Below are positions 8,053 to 17,087 of a stretch of DNA of 64,000 nucleotides, one piece after another. The stretch lies in the NCBI GenBank assembly GCA_963780265.1, contig CAWABQ010000022.1:8548-72547 (forward strand). The letters run 5' to 3'. Positions within the stretch are counted from its first letter, which is position 1; every line of letters starts with the position of its first letter. The DNA is from Candidatus Bathyarchaeota archaeon (GTDB lineage Archaea; Thermoproteota; Bathyarchaeia; 40CM-2-53-6). The notes beneath the pieces are model-generated. The model searched no databases. It had not been told where the DNA came from and saw only the letters and a list, made by a program, of their open reading frames with translations. Made by a program: the position numbers and the translations under genes.

Positions 8053-8286
8053 ATGGCCGATCATTGCCCGCTCTGCGAAAGGCCAAGGCAAGCTCCATCG
8101 GAATTCTGCGCTCTCCACGACGCAGCCCACGCTAACCTCGAAAACGCGTACTTGGCATGGAACAAATCCTACGGCGGTAATTTGACTAAAGAAGAATACT
8201 TTGCTCAACTGGAGAAGAGAGAAGAAACCGGCAGAGCCGTGAAATCTGTTATTCAATACCTTCTCGGGAAAGGAGGCGTTGCCTAA
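8053..8286 (+). CDS. small protein with an N-terminal CxxC...C..H motif
   Basis: 77-aa ORF starting MADHCPLCERP...FCALHD. Its TAA abuts the GTG start of the topoisomerase gene, which suggests co-translation. Confidence 0.45.
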   Translation: MADHCPLCERPRQAPSEFCALHDAAHANLENAYLAWNKSYGGNLTKEEYFAQLEKREETGRAVKSVIQYLLGKGGVA

Positions 8287-9696
8287 GTGGCAACAACTCT
8301 CATCGTTACTGAGAAACCGGACGCAGCGCTCCACGTGGCGGAAGCTCTCAGTAGCGAGCAGGGTCCGAAGAAGATTAGCGTAGGGGGCGTTCCGTTTTTC
8401 GAGGTTCAGAAGGACGGTGGGCGAATACTCGTTTGCTCAGCGCTTGGCCACCTATACGCAGTATCAGCTAAGGGGACCGAGGTACGTTCGCAATATCCCG
8501 TCTGGGATCTTGCTTGGAAGCCCAAGTATCTGGCGGAACGCGGCCAAGGAAGGCAGGAGAAATGGATCCAGTCAATTTCGATAGTATCCAAAGAGGCCGA
8601 CCGTTTCATCAATGCCTGCGATTACGATGTTGAAGGTTCGCTAATCGGGTACACGATACTCAAGTACGCTTGTGACGGGGCGGACAAGAAGGCGCAACGA
8701 ATGAAATTTTCAACCCTCACTGTCAAGGAATTACGTGACTCGTACGCTAATGTGTTACCTGAGCTTGATTTTCCGCTCGTTTTTGCGGGGATGTGTCGGC
8801 ATGAGGTCGATTGGCTTTATGGGATCAATTTGTCTCGTGCACTCACGCAGTCTGCCCTGAAAGCAGGCAACCGGTACTCAACCCTAAGCACCGGACGAGT
8901 GCAGGGGCCAACGCTGCGCTTTGTCGTCGACAGGGAACGGGAAATCGAAACCTTCGTCCCACTGCCGTACTGGGCTTTGGCAGCGCGAGTCGATATTGAC
9001 GGCAAGGTCATCGAAGCTGAGTACGAGTTCGAGCGGTTGGAGACGAAAGCGCAAGCTGAGCAGGCGATTAGGGACTGTGCAGGGAAGAAAGGGCTCATTG
9101 AGAAACTTGAATCCAAAACGTACCAATTGTCGCCCCCCACTCCATTTGACCTCTCCACACTTCAAAGCGAAGCGTACAGGCATTTTGGCTACACTCCTCG
9201 AACCGCGCTCAGCATCGCGGAACGCCTCTACTTGGACCAATTAATCTCCTACCCGCGAACCTCCAGTCAAAAGCTTCCTCCCTCGATTAACTACGAAGAG
9301 ATCCTGAAAGGACTCAGCCAGATCGGCGCTTATCGTTCTGATTCGTCAAGCCTTCTGGCTTCGGGGAGCTTGCGCCCCAACGATGGAAAGAAGGGTGATC
9401 CGGCGCATCCAGCTGTATACCCAACCGGGGCTGTTCCACGAGGTGAACTTGACTCTCGGGGACAGAAGCTCTTCGATTTGGTCGTAAGGCGCTTTCTTGC
9501 CACCTTCGGCAGAACCGCGACAAAACAGAGTGACAAGGCCACGGTCAAGGTCGGGAAACATACGTTCTTCCTACGGGGCTCAAGAACCCTGGAGAAGGGA
9601 TGGGTCGCTCTCTACGGGCCTTACGCGAAATTCCAAGAAATCATCCTGCCCCCCTTGAGGGAAGGACAGCAGGTCACAATGGCCGCGCTCTCTTAG
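8287..9696 (+). CDS. topA: DNA topoisomerase, type IA, N-terminal fragment (frameshifted)
   Basis: Toprim start TLIVTEKPDAA, acidic cluster ACDYDVEGS, and catalytic-Tyr motif LISYPRTSSQKLP. Reading continues in frame 3 near 9682-9686. Confidence 0.9.
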   Translation: MATTLIVTEKPDAALHVAEALSSEQGPKKISVGGVPFFEVQKDGGRILVCSALGHLYAVSAKGTEVRSQYPVWDLAWKPKYLAERGQGRQEKWIQSISIVSKEADRFINACDYDVEGSLIGYTILKYACDGADKKAQRMKFSTLTVKELRDSYANVLPELDFPLVFAGMCRHEVDWLYGINLSRALTQSALKAGNRYSTLSTGRVQGPTLRFVVDREREIETFVPLPYWALAARVDIDGKVIEAEYEFERLETKAQAEQAIRDCAGKKGLIEKLESKTYQLSPPTPFDLSTLQSEAYRHFGYTPRTALSIAERLYLDQLISYPRTSSQKLPPSINYEEILKGLSQIGAYRSDSSSLLASGSLRPNDGKKGDPAHPAVYPTGAVPRGELDSRGQKLFDLVVRRFLATFGRTATKQSDKATVKVGKHTFFLRGSRTLEKGWVALYGPYAKFQEIILPPLREGQQVTMAALS

Positions 9697-10400
9697 AGGA
9701 AAAGTACACTCAACCTCCGCCCCGCTACAACCCGAGCAGTCTACTGAAAGCGATGGAGGACGCGGAAATTGGAACAAAGGCGACCCGGGCCGACATAATT
9801 GAAACCCTCTACAAGCGCGGCTACGTGAAGGAGCAGCGGATGAGTGCGACCCCACTAGCATTTCGAGTGACAGAGATTCTGATGAAATATTGCCCCAAAG
9901 TCATCGACGTCACCTTCACCCGCGAACTTGAAACCAAGATGGAGCAAATCGAACATGGAAAACAAACCCGCGAAAACGTGGTCCTAGAAACTGTAGCCTA
10001 CTTGAAGCCAGTAATCGAAGACCTGAAGGCGAAGCAGCAGGAAGTGGGCAAAGAGCTCACCGCAATAATCGGTGATAGGTGGCAAGCTTCAACAACACTC
10101 TTCGTCCCATGCCCGCAGTGCGGGTCGACCCTGAAAGTTGTAAGAAACCCGAAGACGAAGAAACGTTTCATCGGCTGCGCCGGCAAATGGACGAAGAACT
10201 GCACATACGGATTACCATTACCGCAGTTCGGGGCACTAACGCTCTTGGAGAAACGATGCCCCAAATGCAGTTTTCAATTAATCCAAGCAAAGTCGAAGGG
10301 GCGGCGCCCCCTGGTTTCCTGCCCCAAATGCTTCATGGAGAGGCTAATGGCTAAGAGGGCTGCGGAAACGGTGACCATCAAGTCAACGGTAACGAAATGA
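9600..10400 (+). CDS. topA: DNA topoisomerase, type IA, C-terminal fragment with two zinc ribbons
   Basis: From about 9684 it reads ALLEEKYTQPPPRYNPSSLLKAMEDAEIGTKATRADIIETL (domain IV). This is followed by CPQCGS...CAGKWTKNC and CPKCSF...CPKC. Confidence 0.85.
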   Translation: MGRSLRALREIPRNHPAPLEGRTAGHNGRALLEEKYTQPPPRYNPSSLLKAMEDAEIGTKATRADIIETLYKRGYVKEQRMSATPLAFRVTEILMKYCPKVIDVTFTRELETKMEQIEHGKQTRENVVLETVAYLKPVIEDLKAKQQEVGKELTAIIGDRWQASTTLFVPCPQCGSTLKVVRNPKTKKRFIGCAGKWTKNCTYGLPLPQFGALTLLEKRCPKCSFQLIQAKSKGRRPLVSCPKCFMERLMAKRAAETVTIKSTVTK

Positions 10401-10404
10401 TTAC

Positions 10405-11595
10405 TCAAGAAAGAGCTTCCCTGTACACCTGAATAGTCCTTTTCGCCATTTCATCCCAGGTGAACCGCTTGCAACTTCTCCTGCCCTCTTCTGCGAGCTT
10501 CCGCCGGAGGCGCGAATCAGAGGCGACACGTTCCATTGACTCCGACAACGAGTCAGGATCAGCTGGAGGAACGAGTAAGCCGTTGCGGCCATTGCGCACG
10601 ACTTCCGGTATTCCACCGACACGAGTGGCGATTACCGGCGTCTCTGAAGCCATCGCCTCCAACACAGTCATACCGAAGGCTTCAGCCAAGGATGGTAGAA
10701 CCAGACACCTCGCCCGGCCGAGGATTTCAATAGTGCCCCTTTCAGGAAGTCTGCCGGTAAACTTGACCCTTTCATGAATACCGAGTTCCTTGGACAGGTG
10801 TATGAGCGAGGGGTCGACTCCGCCCTCCAAGCGTTCGCCCACAATCACTAACTCATATTTTCGGTGGCTGCGCGCGAATTTCGCAAATGCCTGCAGAAGG
10901 TAAGGCAATCCCTTGTGCGCCGTCTGCCGACCAATGTACAAGAAAATATTCTGGCGGTCCCGTGAAGGCTGATAATCTTCTACGTTCACTCCATTATGTA
11001 TAACATGCACCTTATCCGGATCAAGGTCATACCTAGAAACGAGTTCGTGCTTGACGCTTTGTGAGACCGCAATCACTGCATTCGAAATGATAGCCAGTTT
11101 CCTCTCAACCTTGATTAGCATTTGATTCGTCCCTGCCAGCTGCAAATCAAATACTGAAATTGGTCGTTGACGGCGCAAGGCATCCGAATATTCAGCCCAA
11201 ACGACATGGAAAGTGGAAACAATTCGCCTCCCGCCTCGCGGCAGAAAGGCATGTGGCACATGGATGTGGATTAATTCGTCATCTTTCAATCGTACGAGCC
11301 TGAGACCTGAAAGATACTGAGCGAGCAGCAAGGGGAAATTCCTTGCCCGAAGGCGCGCGAGGTTGTTGATTTCGAATTGTTCAACAGGCCGCCCATAAGT
11401 GGCGGTAACCAGCCGCAGGCTGACGTTAGGATGCAACCTTCTGCAAAGGTTCTGTACGTGTTTGCCCACGCCGCCCCAGCAAGGAGGATACTCGGATGAA
11501 AACATCCTAACGCTGAACCTTCGACTATTCCATGATCCGTCTCTCTCTGATCCCACAAGTTTCACCAGTTCAATATTCTGGAAAGCCTTATACAC
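10405..11595 (-). CDS. glycosyltransferase, GT-B fold (GT4 / glycosyl transferase group 1)
   Basis: The C-terminal signature LVLPSLAEAFGMTVLEAMASETPVIATRVGGIPEVV carries the E-x7-E motif. Confidence 0.85.
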   Translation of the reverse strand: MYKAFQNIELVKLVGSERDGSWNSRRFSVRMFSSEYPPCWGGVGKHVQNLCRRLHPNVSLRLVTATYGRPVEQFEINNLARLRARNFPLLLAQYLSGLRLVRLKDDELIHIHVPHAFLPRGGRRIVSTFHVVWAEYSDALRRQRPISVFDLQLAGTNQMLIKVERKLAIISNAVIAVSQSVKHELVSRYDLDPDKVHVIHNGVNVEDYQPSRDRQNIFLYIGRQTAHKGLPYLLQAFAKFARSHRKYELVIVGERLEGGVDPSLIHLSKELGIHERVKFTGRLPERGTIEILGRARCLVLPSLAEAFGMTVLEAMASETPVIATRVGGIPEVVRNGRNGLLVPPADPDSLSESMERVASDSRLRRKLAEEGRRSCKRFTWDEMAKRTIQVYREALS

Positions 11596-11640
11596 GATGA
11601 AGCTACGCTACGAATCGTTCCGTCACTCGGAAGTCGACTC

Positions 11641-12228
11641 ATGTCTTGGTTTCCCGCGAACCTAACCAACCTCCAGCAGTTAGTGCTGTTCTTGGTTGCG
11701 ATGGTCACGGGCCTAATTTCGATTTATGCCTTTAACATCTGGGTTCTAACCCTTCTGTCGATAAGGGGAAGGAGAAAAGTGGCGGATCCCGCAACCCTCA
11801 GTTCATGGCCAAGAGTTTCGGTTCACCTCCCACTCTTTAACGAGGAACAAGTCGCGAGGCGCCTCCTCGATGCTTGCACGAAACTCGATTACCCACGCGA
11901 TAAACTCGAGATAGTCGTAGTAGACGACTCGACCGATGGAACGACGAAGATCGCTCGGGAATTCGAGGCCAAGTTTCCAGGCCTGGTGAATGTAATCCAG
12001 CGAGAAGAACGGACCGGGTTCAAGGCCGGGGCCCTTCAGCTAGCGATGGAGAAAAGTAGCGGCGAATTCATCGCCCTTTTCGACGCGGACTATATTCCGC
12101 CTCGAGACTTCCTGAGGAAGATGATTCCCTACCTCTACGTGGACGAAAAAGTTGCTTTGCGCAATCCAGATGGAGTTACCTTGATGGACAATTCTCCTGG
12201 ATCGCCAAAGCTATCTCACTTGCAATAG
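11641..12228 (+). CDS. processive family-2 glycosyltransferase (cellulose/chitin-synthase-like), N-terminal fragment (frameshifted)
   Basis: An N-terminal TM helix, then VSVHLPLFNEE, VVVDDSTDGT and ALFDADY (the D, DxD region). The break is at the T-run 12156-12158. Confidence 0.85.
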   Translation: MSWFPANLTNLQQLVLFLVAMVTGLISIYAFNIWVLTLLSIRGRRKVADPATLSSWPRVSVHLPLFNEEQVARRLLDACTKLDYPRDKLEIVVVDDSTDGTTKIAREFEAKFPGLVNVIQREERTGFKAGALQLAMEKSSGEFIALFDADYIPPRDFLRKMIPYLYVDEKVALRNPDGVTLMDNSPGSPKLSHLQ

Positions 12229-12950
12229 ATGTCTATGCCTTTGTAGATCAGCGGGCTCGGTACGTCGGCAACCTACTTGCACATTTCAGCGGGACGTGCG
12301 GGGTTTTCAGAAGAAGTGCAATCGAGGATGCAGGCGGGTGGAGTTCGGACACGCTTGCGGAGGACCTTGACCTATCAATTAGGCTACACCTGAAAGGCTG
12401 GCGATACATTTACGTCCCTACAGTTGTCTGCCCGGGCGAGATTCCACCGAGTTTTGACAATTTGAGGCATCAACAGTTCCGTTGGGCGAAAGGCTTCTCC
12501 GAATGCTTAAGGAAATACGGTGGCGCAATCATTCGCAGCAAGCGCCTGAACTTCTTTCAGAAAATGGAAGCTTTGCTCCATTTGGGGACCTACTTCATCT
12601 GCCCATTAACGATCATCGGCATTGTTGTCGGCTTGTTGTACTACTCGATTTTTCCCCCGTCCTTTTGGTTGATGGGTTTCTGGAGGTACCAGGTCGCTCT
12701 GTTGACGTTCTTTCTCTCACTTGTAATCTATAGCGCGCCGCTAATCGCTTCAGGGGTGACGTTATCGGAGTTTTCGCAAGTCGGAATAACAAAAGCCAGA
12801 CGGTTGCTGCACCTTGGCTACTTGGGCGCACTTGTCTATGGCTTGCTTCTCAGCAATACGAGAGCCGTTATTGAGGGTCTCTTCTCGAGGACGTCGTACT
12901 TCTATCGCACACCCAAACTCGGCTCCATTCCGAGTGCAATAGAAAATTAG
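12159..12950 (+). CDS. family-2 glycosyltransferase, C-terminal fragment (the ORF track lists only 12462-12950)
   Basis: Frame 3 is open from 12159 and reads AQSRWSYLDGQF...GTCGVFRRSAIEDAGGW...AEDLDLSIRL...HQQFRWAKG (ED and QxxRW motifs). Four TM helices follow. Confidence 0.8.
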   Translation, partial: AQSRWSYLDGQFSWIAKAISLAIDVYAFVDQRARYVGNLLAHFSGTCGVFRRSAIEDAGGWSSDTLAEDLDLSIRLHLKGWRYIYVPTVVCPGEIPPSFDNLRHQQFRWAKGFSECLRKYGGAIIRSKRLNFFQKMEALLHLGTYFICPLTIIGIVVGLLYYSIFPPSFWLMGFWRYQVALLTFFLSLVIYSAPLIASGVTLSEFSQVGITKARRLLHLGYLGALVYGLLLSNTRAVIEGLFSRTSYFYRTPKLGSIPSAIEN

Positions 12951-13033
12951 GTTCGGCTAAGCAGCCCGAGTCACAAGCAGCTTTCCTAATCTTCACCGAA
13001 ATTACATGCTGAACCGTTCGCGTTGTAGGTAAT

Positions 13034-13513
13034 CTACTGCTTCTCCGCTGACGGTGCAGCCAGTGGTTTGCGTAACATATCGAGTATTCTATCGTTCTTG
13101 AGGATGTTCCTTCGGTCAATTAACAGCAGTAATGAGAGCGTCAGGAATACGAGGTAGAGAATCATGGATACGTTCAGTAGGGCGTTTGGGATGTTCGGAT
13201 ACCATCCTACAACATTGACCGAGAACACAAGCCCGTAAGCAAAGAGAGCGAACAGCAGCGGAAAGGTGAAGATGCCAAGCCAGTAAGCCCACCGCGACAG
13301 GAAATACAACGCGACGGCGGTGATTATTGATAGGCCACCGAGAACCAGTAGATGGTACGCCGTCCTGTCGAATAAGCCCCAGAAAGCAAGCATGTACACT
13401 CCGCCAACCGCGTAGAACACGAAAGGCACCCAGATGCCTGCCGTCCGCTCAGCGAATTCTTCTGTCAATCTCCGCGCCACCAAGTTTTGGGAGGCCTTAT
13501 TACGCCTGAACAT
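13034..13513 (-). CDS. membrane protein, function unknown (start moved to the internal ATG)
   Basis: The track ORF runs to 13663 and overlaps the agmatinase start. The ATG at 13513 (MFRRNKASQ...) precedes 4-5 TM helices and removes the overlap. Confidence 0.5.
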   Translation of the reverse strand: MFRRNKASQNLVARRLTEEFAERTAGIWVPFVFYAVGGVYMLAFWGLFDRTAYHLLVLGGLSIITAVALYFLSRWAYWLGIFTFPLLFALFAYGLVFSVNVVGWYPNIPNALLNVSMILYLVFLTLSLLLLIDRRNILKNDRILDMLRKPLAAPSAEKQ

Positions 13514-13539
13514 GTGCCATAAAGCTTTGCCAGTCTGAA

Positions 13540-14445
13540 GTGGTGCGGAATTTGTTGGAGAATCTGACTTTTCACACCTCAAAGATCGACAATTTCTCAG
13601 GTTTCTCAAAACCATTAGACGAGGCGCGTTACGTAGTACTAGGCGTCCCTTACGATCACACAAGTACTTTCAGGGCAGGGTCCCGTTTTGCGCCAAGAGC
13701 GATTCGCGACGCATCCTTGAACATCGAAACGTACAGCCTTCGAACAGGCATCGATATCGAACACGTTCCAATACACGACGCAGGCGACCTGCACGTAGTC
13801 GATAACGTTTCTGAAACGGTCGACCGGCTCAGTAAGGTTACAAAGGACATTCTGTCCGTGGAGAAAATGCCAGTTTTCATCGGGGGAGAACACACGATTA
13901 CTCAGGGCCCAGTTCGTAGCATGCCGCACTCTGTTGGAGTAGTGAGTTTCGACGCACACGGAGACCTGAGAGATGAATACGGCGGAGGGAAATTATCCCA
14001 CGCGACAGTCCTAAGGCGTATTACCGAGATTGTTGGAACAGACGCCGTTCTAGTCTGCGGCATACGAGCCCTCTGCAAGGAAGAAGTGGATTTCATTCAA
14101 GAACAAAAAATCCAGAAAATGACACCATGGGAAATCAGGGAACTAGGCTTAGCCAAGGCGACGGAACGCGTAAAGGCCTTTACCCATAAGTTCCAACACA
14201 CATACCTAACCATCGACACCGACGTTTTGGACCCAGCCTTCGCACCCGGGGTCGCAAACCCCGAATTCGACGGCTTAACGCCCGAAGAACTCCTCACGCT
14301 AACCGCAGCAGTAGCTGACGAAAGGATGATCGGTTTCGACTTAGTGGAGGTTTGTCCAAACTATGATACCGGTGCCACTGCCGTGGCCGCCGCCCGGCTG
14401 ATATTCGAAGTTATCGCCAGGGCTGAGAAATCAAGAAAGCACTAA
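13540..14445 (+). CDS. speB: agmatinase (ureohydrolase family)
   Basis: The metal-ligand motifs GGEHTIT, SFDAHGDL and LTIDTDVLDPAFAPGV are those of the arginase/agmatinase family. Confidence 0.85.
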   Translation: MVRNLLENLTFHTSKIDNFSGFSKPLDEARYVVLGVPYDHTSTFRAGSRFAPRAIRDASLNIETYSLRTGIDIEHVPIHDAGDLHVVDNVSETVDRLSKVTKDILSVEKMPVFIGGEHTITQGPVRSMPHSVGVVSFDAHGDLRDEYGGGKLSHATVLRRITEIVGTDAVLVCGIRALCKEEVDFIQEQKIQKMTPWEIRELGLAKATERVKAFTHKFQHTYLTIDTDVLDPAFAPGVANPEFDGLTPEELLTLTAAVADERMIGFDLVEVCPNYDTGATAVAAARLIFEVIARAEKSRKH

Positions 14446-14789
14446 CCGGTTCTTTGCATCTTCGCAATGAAGTACCCATTACATTCGTGTATGTGTGGGT
14501 AGAATCTCTGGCACAGGTCAAACCCCCTCAGCCCATGTGAACCCAAGAATGGGGCTTGCGGCACAACTCTGAACTCGGGACTATTTCTCAGAAAGTCCTC
14601 GATTACAAATTCGTTTTCTTCCGGCAAAATGCTGCAGGTGCAATAGACGAGTGTCCCGTTCGGCTTCACATAGTTGGACGCGGCTTGAAGTATCGCGTAT
14701 TGTCTCAACGCGAACTCATTTACGGCTGGGCGGGGGTTAACTTCCATTTCCCGGCGGGGCTTCTGGCAAATACTCCGCTGTTTGAGCAT
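14442..14789 (-). CDS. RNA cytosine-C5 methyltransferase (NOL1/NOP2/Sun, RsmB-like), C-terminal fragment
   Basis: LRQYAILQAASNYVKPNGTLVYCTCSILPEENE (motif VI, TCS). The break from the central fragment lies at the G-runs 14728-14736. Confidence 0.8.
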   Translation of the reverse strand: MLKQRSICQKPRREMEVNPRPAVNEFALRQYAILQAASNYVKPNGTLVYCTCSILPEENEFVIEDFLRNSPEFRVVPQAPFLGSHGLRGFDLCQRFYPHIHECNGYFIAKMQRTG

Positions 14790-15550
14790 GGTGGGTCAAC
14801 AAGGACGATGTCTGCCTCGATCTTGAATGGGAGCCTTCTCGCGTCAGTGCGGATAGGCATCGCAATCTCGCAGCCGCACCGGACCATTTCTCTCTTCCAA
14901 TATGAAAGCCTGGGGCCGGAAATGTCGACCGAATAGATTTGACCTCTATTCTGCATTTGGTCAGCTAGGTGAGTTGTCTTGTTTCCAGGTGCGGCGCAAA
15001 TGTCGACGACAATGTGTCCAGGCTTCGGTGCCGCAACGAACCCTGCCGTAATACTTGCCAGATCCTGTACTACTAGGGCCCCAGACTTAATGAGCCGGGA
15101 CGGCTGGCCCTTCATACCCAGGCAGAAGACGCCATCGACTCCCTCCACTCTCAAGCCGCCTAACTCTGCAGCAATTTCCACCGATTGACTAGCAACCTTC
15201 AGCGAGTTCAAGCGAACGTAAGCAGGCATCGTCTGCAAATTTCGGCGCAGGATTTGGAGGGCGAAGCTTCTTCCGAACACGTTCACGAGCCGTTCGACGA
15301 ACCAAACCGGATGGCAGGTTTCGAGAGAAAGTCTTTCGAATTCAGGTAACGTATGGTAAGGAATTATTCCTCCTGCAACGATTAAGCCAATTTGTTTCTC
15401 ATACGTGCGGAGCTCCTTCCAACCCAAAATTTGCCTAGCCAGCTCTACCTGGCGTTCTAGATCGTTTTGGCGAGTCCCGTCAACATACTTGAGGTATGCG
15501 ATAATTCTCAAGAAGCTCCTTATGCCATGCGGAGCCCGCTCGATTCTCAT
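14720..15550 (-). CDS. RNA cytosine-C5 methyltransferase, central catalytic fragment
   Basis: SAM motif VVDICAAPGNKTTHLA and motif IV IVLVDPPCSNSG. Confidence 0.85.
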   Translation of the reverse strand: MRIERAPHGIRSFLRIIAYLKYVDGTRQNDLERQVELARQILGWKELRTYEKQIGLIVAGGIIPYHTLPEFERLSLETCHPVWFVERLVNVFGRSFALQILRRNLQTMPAYVRLNSLKVASQSVEIAAELGGLRVEGVDGVFCLGMKGQPSRLIKSGALVVQDLASITAGFVAAPKPGHIVVDICAAPGNKTTHLADQMQNRGQIYSVDISGPRLSYWKREMVRCGCEIAMPIRTDARRLPFKIEADIVLVDPPCSNSGVFARSPAGKWKLTPAQP

Positions 15551-15764
15551 CTTGGGAGACTACTTGCGAAATCAAGTAGTCAAGTTGGTTTTGGAATCGC
15601 GTTGTTTCCATGATGAGCCGGTACGCTTGGCGAAGCTCATTAGCTTCCTTGACCCCTATCTGGTCAGCGGCCTTGAATAGAGTAGTTCTCTCGCCGAGGC
15701 CTGCGTAGGCCATCCAGCTGAGAGCTTCAATTGCCACCGCGAGTGAATCCTTCATCAGGTCCAC
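15480..15764 (-). CDS. RNA cytosine-C5 methyltransferase, N-terminal NusB-like fragment
   Basis: A 94-aa helical segment whose frame overlaps the central fragment. The likely join is at the run 15554-15556, giving ...ISQVVSKMRIERAPHG... Confidence 0.55.
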   Translation of the reverse strand: MDLMKDSLAVAIEALSWMAYAGLGERTTLFKAADQIGVKEANELRQAYRLIMETTRFQNQLDYLISQVVSQDENRAGSAWHKELLENYRIPQVC

Positions 15765-16016
15765 GCCAGCTCCGTGGACGCTATCTTGGTTGCCTAATTA
15801 TTTAGTGCGAGTGTTATCCAGAGTTCGTGGCTGAAAATTTTGCTAGGGCTCACGGGGGATTCATCAACAACCCCGATGCAACCCACGCGATGGCGTCTTT
15901 CAAGAAAGTGTTCGACTAGCCGTGGTCCACAGGATGTGAAGGAAAGGAGAGGCAGCGATTTCGATGGAAACAAGACGCGAGACGAGGGTGGAAATTTGTG
16001 ACGGAAAATGTGACAG

Positions 16017-16024
16017 TATATAAA
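16017..16024 (-). promoter_or_regulatory. TATA-box-like element (TTTATATA on the minus strand)
   Basis: An exact match to the archaeal TATA consensus, read on the minus strand within a 620-bp region lacking a convincing CDS. It lies about 250 nt upstream of the 15764 start, so its target is unclear. Confidence 0.3.
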
Positions 16025-16217
16025 GGGAACGGCCTTGGCCAGTTTCAGGCCTAGACCCTGGCCCACTACCCAGCAGAAATATGCTTTCAAAACGAGTTTT
16101 TCGGGGGATTTACCGGTCGTGATTAGTGATAATGAACCTAACGAAAATGGGGTATCGCTCACGGTTGATGGGTTGTGGTGGAAACTTTCGATTGATACGG
16201 GCATTAAGGCAAACGAA

Positions 16218-16291
16218 CTTCCTCTTTCTCTTCCCCCTCTCTTCCCATTCCCCCTTCCGCCTCTCCCTTCCTTTCTCTTCCTACCTCTTTC
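16218..16291 (+). repeat. 74-nt polypyrimidine (CT-rich) tract
   Basis: 71 of 74 bases on the plus strand are C or T; the purines are at 16247, 16259 and 16283 only. It sits in the divergent intergenic region upstream of polB. Confidence 0.9.
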
Positions 16292-16382
16292 AAAATGCGT
16301 TCCACTCGTACGAGTTTGTCGCTGTAACATTCTCCGTAATCTAGTGAATAGGAATCTTTGACTTCAACCAAACTTAGCGAAA

Positions 16383-17087
16383 TTGATAGAACAAAGTCGA
16401 AAGGGCCAACAGAGGCGCAATAATTGCGCGAAGTTGCAATACTATTTAGTAGGAACCCTAAGCACCCTAGGCGGTTTTCGGGAGGACTGGCAGACGGCGA
16501 AGACACTTGAAAGCTACTTCACGGAAAAGCCCGTTGAGGTGAAGCTGGCACCGAGGCCAGCTCTCAACCGGCAGAGCTTGGTTTTTTCCCCTGTAACTCC
16601 GGGGACAATTCCACCATCGTACCTAGTCTCCATAGGATATGACGGGGGCCTCAAGAAGTGTTTCCTGCGCCTTTACGAACCAAAGTCTCATAAGATCTAT
16701 TTCTGGTTCGATGATTCCGGGCACAAGCCCTACTGTTACAGCAAGCAGTCAGTCAGCGAACTTCAGAAAGTCGATGCAGTAGCAAGGAACTTGGGCTTCG
16801 ACCACTTCGAAGAGGAAACGAAATTTGACGCACTTAGAAGTCAACAGGTAAGGGTGACGAAGATCGTTGCCAAAGATCCACTTACAATCGGTGGAAAACC
16901 TACTGGGTCAATGCGTGACGCGATAACTGCTTGGGAAGCGGACATAAAGTACGTTGAGAACTACATCTACGACCGCGGCCTTGAACCTGGGATGATGTAC
17001 GAGTTCAAAGACAAACAGCTCTCGGCCGTCAAGTACGAATTGCCCGAACAGGCGACGATGGAAATTGATAGCCTGTTTCGCGAATGA
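16383..17087 (+). CDS. polB: family B DNA polymerase, N-terminal fragment (frameshifted; start codon uncertain)
   Basis: YLVSIGYDGGLKKCFLRLYEP...HKPYCYS is typical of the PolB N-domain. Removing one T from the run 17076-17078 gives ...EIDSLFANESPEYK.... Confidence 0.85.
   Translation: MIEQSRKGQQRRNNCAKLQYYLVGTLSTLGGFREDWQTAKTLESYFTEKPVEVKLAPRPALNRQSLVFSPVTPGTIPPSYLVSIGYDGGLKKCFLRLYEPKSHKIYFWFDDSGHKPYCYSKQSVSELQKVDAVARNLGFDHFEEETKFDALRSQQVRVTKIVAKDPLTIGGKPTGSMRDAITAWEADIKYVENYIYDRGLEPGMMYEFKDKQLSAVKYELPEQATMEIDSLFRE

Noticed and set aside
15794-16330. 178-aa minus-strand ORF with a Gly/Arg/Lys-rich N-terminus.
   Set aside because: The low-complexity N-terminus is simply the complement of the 74-nt polypyrimidine tract. 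The rest has no recognisable features. I treat it as non-coding until shown otherwise.
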